Assembly (NCBI GenBank): GCA_964619685.1
Contig: CAZUET010000003.1
Location: forward strand, 1-45,932
Length of the DNA stretch: 45,932 bases
Direction: 5' to 3'
From: an uncultured Christensenellaceae bacterium
Lineage (GTDB): Bacteria > Bacillota > Clostridia > Christensenellales > CAG-1252
How positions within the stretch are numbered: the stretch's first letter is position 1; every line of letters starts with the position of its first letter. Positions 11,401 to 23,400 of the stretch are shown in pieces. Made by a program: the position numbers and the translations under genes. The notes beneath the pieces are model-generated. The model was given only the letters and a program-made list of their open reading frames with translations, was not told the origin of the DNA and did no database searches.

Positions 11401-14400
11401 GACGGAAAGGTCTATGAGGGCGATAGCGTATCGTTTACATATGTATATTCGGGGAATAGAATTCTTAAGGGTAATTATTCTGTAACGGTAACCGCACTTA
11501 CCGACAATGTAAATTATATTCTTGGTACAGTGGATAACGCTACTAAAGAAATGGAGATTACCCCAAGAACACTAACCGTTGCTTGGTTGGGTGACAGCGG
11601 TATATATAATAAACAGAATTACATATTTACGCTAACAGTTTCTAATTTGATACCGTTCGACCTTGAAAACGGATTTATTGATTTTAATTCTCATAGTGTT
11701 GATGGTTATCTTGCAGTGGATAACGCTACTAAAGAAATGGAGATTACCCCAAGAACACTAACCGTTGCTTGGTTGGGTGACAGCGGTATATATAATAAAC
11801 AGAATTACATATTTACGCTAACAGTTTCTAATTTGATACCGTTCGACCTTGAAAACGGATTTATTGATTTTAATTCTCATAGTGTTGATGGTTATCTTGC
11901 AGTGATTGACGGAGGTAAAGCCTTATCGGGCAATAGCTTAGTATGGTCGTTCTCTGCGATTAATGCAGGTCTTTATTCGGTATCTGTCGATATTTCGGGC
12001 GACAGATCATCTTGTTATACCTTTGTAACCACAACTAAGAAATTTGAAATTGAAAAGAGTGAGATAGGAATCGAATGGGATATGTCAGACGATATAGACG
12101 ATTCGTTTACTAAGATATATAATGGTGTATCTTCTACAATTACCGCTCAACCAACCGGGGTATATAGCGGAGATAGCGTAGAGTTTGTGCTTTCGGGTGA
12201 TATTTATTGTGTAAATGCATCAAATGAATACATTGCTCGGGTACAGGCTCTTGACGGTGAAGATAAAGAAAACTATAAGCTTCCAAGCAATATATCACGC
12301 TCATGGCAAATAGAAAGATTGGCTGTTGTTTTAGATTGGACGCTTTCCGCACCTATTAACGGTAAGGCTGATGCCTTTAAGGGCGTATATGCTAAAAATG
12401 ATTATACATTATCGGCAACAGTAACAAATGCAGTTGGCGATGATGTAGTTACAATCAATTCATATTTAACGATCGGCATAGGTTATAACTCTTCATCTAA
12501 TACCGCACTTAATGTAGGAGCGTATACCACTCGTGCGGTTTCTCTTGATAATGATAATTATACCCTTGTCGGGGCAGTTGATATTAAAAATTGGGAAATA
12601 ACACCTAAGAATATTACTGAAATTTATTGGATTGGTGAAAACTCGAGCGAAAGCGACTTCTCTTGGGTATATGACGGTACTATAAAGGCACCTAAAGCAT
12701 ATGCTGTTTCTATCGATACCGTAAACGGTCAATATAATGACGGTAAAGCTTATGTAGGTGATAATATTTCGTTTGAATATAATAATATCGGAGAATATGC
12801 GGTAGGTACATACTCATTATTGGTAACCGCTGTTATCGGTAATTCAAATTATGTGCTTGGTGATAATGTTACTAATATAAGTAAAGAGTACACGATTACC
12901 GCTAAGACGCTCGACATTAATTGGAATGGTTTATCGGGTACATATGACGGTAACGATCATATATTTACCGCAACCGTTTCCGGTATATTGAATGACGATT
13001 ATGGCACAGCCGTTACGTTGTCGGCAACTTCTCTAAGTGCTGTATGTGCAGATGCATCCTTTATTTCTGGTGTATATACTCAAGCGTTTAGCAGTAAGAA
13101 CGCCGGAGATTATTCGGTTACATTGACTCTTAGCGGTTCAAGAGCTGATTGCTACATCTTTTCTAACGGTGAATTAGCGGTTACCAAGGCTTGGACGATA
13201 GATAAAAAGGCACTTACAGTTGAGTTTACAGTATCGGGTGGAAATATAATAAACGGCTCAGTTATTTATGATGCACAAAGCCATGGATATTCGTTTACCC
13301 TTGTAGGTTTAGTTGACGGTGAAAGCTTAGATCTTTTCTATAATGAATTGGTCAATGGTGTCGCTACAACTAAGAATATAGCATCATTCGGTGTCGGTTC
13401 TACGGCATTATTTGTTCCTAAATCGGTTTCTTTATACGGTATTAGCGATATTACAGTATCATCGGCAACGTCAAGTATTGAGAATTATTCCTTTACCTCT
13501 CGTTCCGTTTCGTGGGAGATTACTCCGAGAGTAGTCGAATTGAGTTGGAGCATGAACAGTGCTATCAACTATTATTATCGTGCATCCGATTATTCGCCCA
13601 TTGCTACCATAACAAACATTCAAAACGGTGACAGTGTGACCGTTAACGGATATTCTACCGTGGGCAACAAGTCGGCATTCGCTGTAAGTGGTGTAGACGG
13701 TGTGGGAAATATCGCTAAAAATGTAGATAATTACAGAACAAAGACACTAAGTCTTGACAATGAAAATTATACTCTTGACGGTGCTACAAATACCGAGCTT
13801 AGCTGGTCTATCCTACCTAAGACCATCGTCTTTGATTGGATAGGTGATAGCGGTAGCTATACCGATTTTTCTTGGGATTACGACGGCACGACTAAGAGCG
13901 TAGGTGCAGTTGTCGAATATGTTTCTGTTTCCGTCGGAAGCGATATCGACGGTAAGGTGTATGAGGGCGATACCATTTCTATTGTAATATCCAATTCGTC
14001 AAATATTTTAGCAGGCTCTTATACGGCAACAGCTATAGGAACAAGCAACTCTAACTATGTTATTGATGACAATTTAACTCGTGCATATTCTATAGAAAAA
14101 CGCAAGGTAACGCTTGTCTGGACATTAGATAGCGGTTCTAATGATTATAGCGGTAATAAATACGGATATACTCTGACGGCTGTAGGTTTTGTTTCTAACG
14201 ATTACTCGGCAAATATTACTATTGCTATAGATACAGAAAAAGCCAATATGGGAACACCGACATTTACCGATAGCTATTCTATTTATATTTCGGGAATAAA
14301 CGCAGGCGACTATTCGGCAAGTGCAGTTCTTAGCGGTTTAAGAGCGGACTGCTATTATATTGACGGAATCACCAATGTAAATTGGAATATCAATAAAAAG

Positions 14401-17400
14401 GAAATAACGGCAGTCATTGGGGAAAGTGTCTTCGACTATAAGGCTGAAAGAATAGAAAATGATGAACTTAATATATCCTTCTTAGGTCTTGTATCTAACG
14501 AGTCATTGACTATTGGCACCGATTATAATGTGGAATTCGACAAAGATCCTATTTATGCGGGTAGTTATGTAGTTACCATTGATATTTTGTCGACCGCAAT
14601 GACTTCCAATTATACTTTGATTGGGCAACAGTCCTTCGATGTGACTATTGATAAGCACAGTATAAATATTTCCGATCTTTTGTGGAAATTGAACGGTACT
14701 GAAATAGATATCGATAATCTCGTATTTGTATCGGGAGAACATAAGTCATTCACCCTTTCTATTAGCGATTCTATATTCAATAAAATAGAGGGTAAACAAT
14801 TTACCATTCGTTATTTTGGATTCTGTACATGCGGAGCGTCGGCGCAATCGTCCACAGCGGAAGGCTTAAATATGGAGCATCAATGGTTCGATATTGACGG
14901 AGAATGGCAAACAAACGGTCCGGAGCATGCAGGTATCTATTGGGCGTTTGTATCATTCGATTCAATTAATGTCGACGACAGGGATAGCTTTGTATTTGAG
15001 AATTTTGATAACTATACAAATTCCGCATATTTCACTGTGGACGGAGATAACACATATCTTAGCTGGAATAACGGAGATAAGGCTACCGATACTCCGCTAC
15101 CTGCACTTGGTGATAATGCAACGGTAGTTGCATTCGGAATACAGAGAGCCGAAAACGGTGCAACCTTTGCACAAACACCCAAGAGCCTACCTTTTAGCGG
15201 AAGCTATTATACCGTTACTAACGGCTTGCCTTTTGTAACTGCAATAGGTGAAGGGGCTGATATGCGTGTAACGGTTAACGGTAGAGATTATAGCTATACC
15301 GATTATACGACCGCTCAATTGGTTCGCAATGCAGGTAAATACAGCATAAGAATCTATGATAAAAACGCATCCGCTTCTACCATTGTTGGCTGCGACCTTT
15401 TCAATACCGATGCAACACTTGAAAGCGATGTTATATTGACGGTGGAAAGACAGATCGTAACTATCAATAATACCGCATCCATTGCTTGGAGTAAGGTATA
15501 TGATAGAACGGTCGGATATATCGGTTTTACCTATGAAAATGGAGTAGACTTTGTTTCTCAAGAAAATGACGGTGTTATTTCGTCTGCAGTTGACGGAGTG
15601 ATATCAGGTACTTCACTAACTATATCTGCGGTGTTCGATTCGTATAACGCAGGCAGTAGGAACTTGACATTTAGCCTTGACGGAGCGGATAAGAATAATT
15701 ATATACTTAAATTCAGCATCAATGGCATACCTTTTACCGAGTTTGTAGAGAGTAATGGTAGTTTTGTTATTGTTGGCGGAACGGCTGAAAACAATGTTTC
15801 TTTGGGTGACGGTGGTTATATTACCAAAAAAGATATCAATGCAGACGGCTTAGCCGAAAAGGTATTCGACGGCACAGATGAGGTCAAGAGCTTTACTTGG
15901 AACACTTCGGACATTATTTCGGGTGATACAGTAAGCGTAAGCGGTCGCTATGCTCAGTCCTCAGTAGGTGATAATATCGATATAGTATTAAGCTCGGGTA
16001 ACGATAACTATATTATTGCATCGAGTCTTGCTTTGGGTAGGATATTACCTAAACAGCTTGATGTTTCCTATTTGTCTGACGGTTCAGTGGACTATGACGG
16101 AGCTCCGCACGGAGTAATAGTTACTATTGACGGAATGTTAGACGGCTTTATTGAAACTATAAGCGTTTCGGGAGATCGTAGCGGTGAATTGACGGGTAAT
16201 GTAAGCGGTACTTTTACCGCAATCAATGCCGGTGATTACACGATAACTTTATCGTTACCTAATAACTCAAACTATTACATTGCAAAAAATAGTGAGAGCT
16301 GGCAAATCAATAAGCGTACCTTAGGTATAGCTTGGTCGACCGATGATTTAGAAAATGAAGAGAACGCAATTTATGCTTGGAACACTGAAAATGATAAATG
16401 GACGGTCAAATTCTCTAATATTCAAAGATGGATCGGTGCGACATTTAGCAATATCGTAGAAGGAGAAACGCTTTCTGCTCAGCTTAAAGACAATGTAGCA
16501 ATAGCAGTCGGTGAATATACTGCAATCGTTATAGGGATAGATGGCGATACATCATCCAATTATACACTTCCTACCGATATGACTAAGTCTTGGGCAATTC
16601 TCAAGGCTGAGGTCAAGACCGACATTACAGGTATAATTCTTGAAGATAAGACGGTAACCTATAATAGCGTTAAACAGACCGTTTCGGTAAATAAAACTAC
16701 AACACAGCACGGAATAACTGTTTTAGTAACGTATGAGGGCGGTGAGGACGACTCAAACGGAGCAACAAATGTAGGTAAGTACACCATTACGGCTAATATA
16801 GCAGAGAGCGAAAACTATTTTGCTTGGTCGATGACTGCAACGCTTACCATTGAAAAAGCGGACATCGAGGGAATCTCAATGAAAGCATCGTCCTTGACCT
16901 ATGACGGTAAGGATCACTGCTTGACGATAGACAAATCGACTACACAGTATAATGAGAGCGTATCGGCTACTTATAGTATTATTTACGATACTATTTCGGT
17001 AAATAACGCAACAAATGTAGGTGTTTATACTGTTACCGCTATACTTAATGCCGGTAGTAACTACAATATTGCTACTTTAACAAATACACTTGAAATAACC
17101 CGTGCCGAAATCAAACTATCTTGGAATAATACTTCAAGCTTTAGCGGTATATATTCTGCCACTATGCAAGGTGTGTTACTGACGGTAGAGGGTATAGTCG
17201 AAAACGATAAAAACGGAGAACTGGTTTTAGAGTTTACTCATAATACATTATCGAGCTATACAAATGGTAAGAATAATGTTCAATATGATTTCTGTGCTAT
17301 AAATGCAGGTGTATATACAATATCTGTTACTCTTAACGGAGACACTAAGGATAATTATATCGTTACTAATGTGAACGGCGGTTTTACAATCAATAAAAAG

Positions 17401-20400
17401 ACGGTCACTATAAATGGTTGGGAATATCAAAACGGCAGTATATCGGGAGAGTATACCGATAATGCTCTTACATATAATAGATCGGAATATACATTGGTGC
17501 CCATTCTCGACGGAGTGATCGGCGGTGATGAAGTAAACTTAGATATTAGCGGTAATAAGGGTACCAATGCTTATACATATTCGGCAACGATAACGCTTAA
17601 TCACGCCAATTATTCTATGTTTACGGTTAATAAGAGCTGGATTATTTCACCTAAGGCATTGACTGTCGATTGGAATTATACAGAACCATTCGTATATGAC
17701 AGAACTTTCCACGAGGTTACCGCTAAATTAGACGACATTTGCTCGGGCGATATCGTAAATATTACATATATAAACTCTGGGGATACCGTTAATAAAGCGA
17801 TAGATGCAGGCACATATACCGCAAAGATATCGTCAATAGATAACACCAATTATATCTTGCCGACCGACGGATTGGAGTGCGGTTGGTCAATAGAGAAAGC
17901 GGATATAGATGGTATTATTTTGAGTGGCGGAGTATTCGAATACGATGGTAATTTACATACCTTGACAGTTAATAAGCTCACTACACAGCACGGAATAGCT
18001 GTTTCGGTATCGTATGAAGGCGGTGAAAACGGCGCTAACGGAGCAACAAATGTAGGTAGATATACCATAATCGCTACCGTTTCAGCAGGAGATAACTACA
18101 ACGATAAAGTGTTACCGAGTAGCACACTTGAGATAACCCCTGTTTTACTTAGCTTGGATTGGAATAATAGTGAAAATTACAGTGGTATATATTCAGCCTC
18201 CCTTCAAGGCGTTTCACTCACTGTAAGCGGTATTGTTTCAAGGGATAGCAATGGCGAATTGAAGCTTGTATTTACCCATAATACAGCATCCGACATTTTG
18301 GAATGCATTAATAACGGTACCTATGAATTCCTTGCTAAAAATGTAGGCGATTATTCGGTATCGGTGAGCCTTGACGGAACTAATAAAAATAATTATAGCC
18401 TACCTGTAAATACATCTTACTCGTTTACCGTTAAGCGTAAGACCTTGACGATTACAAAGTGGATATTGGATGATAACGATTATACCGTACCCGTCGTTTA
18501 TAATAAGACAGAAAGGGTAATAAGAGCATATACAGATGATATTATCTACAACGGCGATATCGTCAACTTCGATTATAACGAGAATGTCAAAACAAATGTG
18601 GGCATTTACCAAGCTGTTGTGACTATAAGCGGTAATGCAAATTATGAACTGTCGGGCGAAATGACCAAGGAATGGGCTATCATACCTAAGCAGTTGAGTA
18701 TTGTTTGGCAGAACGATATTGAAAAGACCTATGATCATTCTGAGCAGAGTGTAACCGCAACCCTTAACGGCGTAATAGAGGGTGATACTGTCAATATTGT
18801 ATATGATACAACGAGCGGTAAGGCGTATAAGGCAACCGATGTAGGCTCATACACCGCAGCGATATCTTCTATTGATAATAGTAATTACATCCTACCGTCT
18901 GTAGGATTATCTCAAGATTGGTCTATTAAGCAGGCAAAGATAACAACGGTCACATTTGTTAGTGCTAAATATACCTATGACGGAAGTGTCAAGTCATTGG
19001 CTATCAAGGGTGATAAGACGCAGTATGACGAGATTGTAACTGTGACTTATTCGAATAATTCTAAGGCGAATGCGGGTGCTTATATAGTTACAGCTATTGT
19101 AGACGGCGGTACAAATTATGAGATACTTACATTGACCGCAACTCTTACAATAGATAAAGCAAGGCTTGAAATAGCAGTAAACGGTGATAGTATAGTCTAT
19201 GACGGTGAGGTGCACACATTAGTGCCTACATTTGTATCGGGTGAAAAATATCCCAAGTACACATTGTCGGGTAATACGCTTAATGTCGTGTTAAGTGCCG
19301 ATCATAATAACGGTAACGGTGATGAGTTTATCATATCATCTACCGTTAACTCGTCTATAACGCTGGAAGCAAAGAATGTAGGCACATATCACTTTGCATT
19401 TAATGTTACTCCTATTGAAGGAGTTATTTCTGATAACTATATCGCTGTTGACACTATTACCGCAGTGCTTACCATTGAAAAAGCCGATATGTTAGATAGT
19501 GACGGCACAAAACTTGAACAAGGCGTTAATATATTCTTGAATGACGATATTGTTGATTACTGTGAGGAATATGTCGGTATAACGGTATCGAGAGAAGATG
19601 CCGAAAGTATATGCGTAAATGCAGATGATTTATTGAAAGAGCTTTCCATATACACATCCAAGAATATCCAAGATACCGCAACAGTATCATATAATTATTC
19701 ATACACTGCTCATCAAAATTCTAGAATTAAGAGGGCTGCGACTAATGAAAACGGTGTAATTAATGCAGGTATTTACTCAATAACGGTAACCGTTGTCAAT
19801 GATAATTATAAGCCTGTTGTTTTAAGTGCAGAGCTTACTATAAATAGAATAGAAGTTTCGGTTAATTGGGTAGGTACATCTAATGATTATACCTATTCCC
19901 GCTTGGATCAATCTAATGCGATCGGTGCTTCGTTTATATCCGTTAAGGGTGAAAACAAACAAATGACGGTCGAGGTCCGTGGTGTAGATAGTGAGAATAA
20001 TACAGTTACTGAATTTATCAGTGCAGGTACATACACATTTACTGCATCCTATAACGGTTGGGATAGCGATAACTACATTATAAACGACAGCGTCAATAGT
20101 GGTATCGTTATGAAGAAGTATGTATACAGTGCAACGCTCAATGATACCTCTATGACCTATGACGGTAATACATATTATTTGTTGTTAAATAGTGGCAAAT
20201 CTACCGTGAACAGTGAATTTATTACCGTTCTCGGTATGTCCGAAAGGGTATATTACACATATCAATGCAGAGAAAGCGTATTGACGACCAACGAGATAAG
20301 AAATGTTGGCGTATATACAGTAGTTGCTCGTTATAATGCAGTCGATACTGTAGGATATAACCCCAATATTGAATCGTTTGTAAGTAGAACGGCAACATTT

Positions 20401-23400
20401 ACCGTGAATGTAAAGGATATCTCTGTGGATATAGAGAACCCCACTAAGGTATATGACGGAAATAGCGGTGTTGATGGTACTGTTACCGTCAGCGGAATAG
20501 TGGATAGTGATATAACACATATTACTGTATCTGTTGCATATTCGGATAAGAATGTAGCGGCTACCAAGCGAATAATCGTTGCTCTTACATCTGACGATGA
20601 AACACATTTCCCGACAACAAACTATAAGGTGCCTGAGAATCTAAACGGTAAAATAGAAGCTCGTAAACTGGATGTGGATAGTAGAGAGCTTCAATCATGG
20701 CAAAAGGATTATGACGGAACTACTCAGTCGGCAAAATCACCTATAACATTGTTTGCGGACGGCTTTATGCCCATTGACAGCGACGATATTACCGTTAAGG
20801 CATACTATAATTCTAAGAATGTTCTTGAAGCGAACAGCATCGTTTTTAGTCTTGAGGGGTATGATGCTGGCAATTACCTACTGGATAGTATAGAGTTTAG
20901 TGAGGTGGACCATATAAGCGTATTCCTTATTAATTCTCTTAATGTGGGCATCGAATGGGGCGGTACGGGCTTCATAAATAAGGGCGACTATTATTCATTG
21001 ACCTATGACGGTTATACGCATGACGCTAATGCTCTTATTAGATTGAAGGGCGACGATATCACCACAGCAAATAACGGTATACTTAACTTGACTGTTCTCA
21101 CTTACTATGTAAAGAAGGCGGACGGTACAAGTATTACCGACACCAATTCAGTGGTGCTTCGTAATGCCGGTACATATAATGCTGTTGCATCGACTCCTAC
21201 CGTTATGGACGATAACATGCGTGCGAATTACGGTATTACCGCTACCGCAAGGAATTATGTTATCGAGCAAGCAAGCGTGGCTGTTAAATGGAGCGTGAAA
21301 GATGAGTATATATACAACGGCACCGAGCAGACCGCTGCGGTTTCAGCAACTGCAGTTCTCTTGGGTGAGGATATATCTACATATCAAAACGAATTTATCG
21401 TAGTAGATTATGGCGGTAAGTTATTCAAAAACGCAGATATATATGCAGTCAAGGCTATGTTTGATTCGGATGAATTAAGTAACAACTATAAGCTTATCAG
21501 TGACGATCGAACGATAGAGATTAAAAAAGCAAATATAACCAATTTGCAATTCCAAGGATCCGATTCTTGGGTCTATTACAGTGGAGAGGTCAAGTATTTC
21601 TTTGTTACTGCGGACGGAAGCAATTATAATTCTGCTTATAGTGAAGTCTACTATGAATTTGATCCGAGCTTGCCCATAACTGTCAATTATTCGGGCGGTG
21701 AAATAGACTATCAAAACATAGGTAGATCGGGTATTAAGAATGTAGGCACATACACCGTAACTGCAAGCGTTGCCAATACCTTGAATTATAATGACTGGTC
21801 GTCCTCTATAACAGTTACGGTTGAAAAGGGTACTATTGATAATATTTTCATCAAGGAGCGTGCATATGTGTTCGACGGTAATAAGCATTATGTTTATGCA
21901 TCCAACGATAAAAATGGCGCAACCGATTATGAAAGCGTTGTGCTTCCCGACGGTTCGGCTATAACCGTTAGCTATCGTACATTGTCGATAAGCTACTATA
22001 ATAGAGCATTCTATGAAGGCGACAATATTAAGGATAGCTATATATGTGACCAAGCTATCAACTATGCGGAGCATGCAGGTCAATATAAGGTGGGTGCCAC
22101 TATCAGCGGTCAATCTAACTATAAAGATTGGTCAAGCGAGGTTTCGTTGACGATAACCCAAAGGGTATCTACCGTAAATTGGTATTACAAGGGGCTTACC
22201 GATGCTAAGTATGTTTATAATGCGACCGACCAATCGAACTCGGTATCTGCATCTATACTGGGACAGGGTATTGTAGGTAACGATAAGAATATATATTTAT
22301 CTATTGCATTTACCCTTATCGGTGATGATGTAGGTGCATTTGCGGAGCTTAAGAACCGCTTTGTTTTGGCTGGCGATTATACTTTGGTTGCAGACTTTAC
22401 TCCCGAACAAGTTTGGGAAGCAAATGACTACAAGCTTGATGATAAGGGTATAACAAGGAATGTAACTATACAAAAGTTTGTCGTTGAACTAAAGTGGTAT
22501 TTCGGTTGCTGTGAGCATAAGGATGAGGAATACACTGACGAGAGTATCTGTGTATATAACAAGAAGGAGCATAGCATAGTTGCAAGCGGTTTAGGCTTGG
22601 GCGGTGTTGAAATGAGCCTTTTGACCAGCGGTGACTTTAAAGGAATCAATGCAGGTACATATTCGGCAACCGTATCAAAGGTCGAGGACGGAACGGATAA
22701 TGTTGTTGTAGACGGTATATCTTATGAAATTCCATACGCTCTTAACTATGTTACTCCAACCAATGTTGACAAGAAATGGAGCATTGACAAACGACCTATT
22801 ACCATTGAACTGGATATAGTACAAAGCTCTGTAAGTAAAAAATATGATGGCTCTAAATTATTTACATTTGATGATACTATTAATGTTACCAAGGTGACAA
22901 CGGACGGAATCGTATTCAAAACATATAATTATCTGTTGACAAACGAAAACTATCAAGGCTCTGTAAATAAGATAATCTACAAGATAGGTAATATTGTCGA
23001 AGGTGACGGCGATGTTCTCGATCTGTATATTGAAAGCATTACCGCAAACGAGGCAACTGTAAATGCAACCAGCATACATATCATATTCAAGGAGCTTACA
23101 TTTAATCAAATAAGTATGGTCGATGTCATTGAGAATTACTGGTTTGCAGGTGATACATCGGGCTTGGCTATGGGAAGGAACGACGGTGAACTTATACAAC
23201 CAAGACGATTGTCCGCATCTGTAAATAATAATGCAGGGCATGTATATAACGGATTGACCTTTGAAAGGAGCTTTGAATATGCTGACGGCTGTGCAAGAGC
23301 TGATGACCTATACTGTATTAGCGTAAGAAGTGTAGAGACAGATCTCGAGCTTATGACACTTATAGACGGTAACTGCTATGTCGGTAGCTTGAATATAGGC

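Noticed and set aside
11528-11904. Duplicated segment as a diversity-generating retroelement TR/VR pair
   Set aside because: The copies are adjacent and identical with no adenine-specific differences, and there is no reverse transcriptase in the window.
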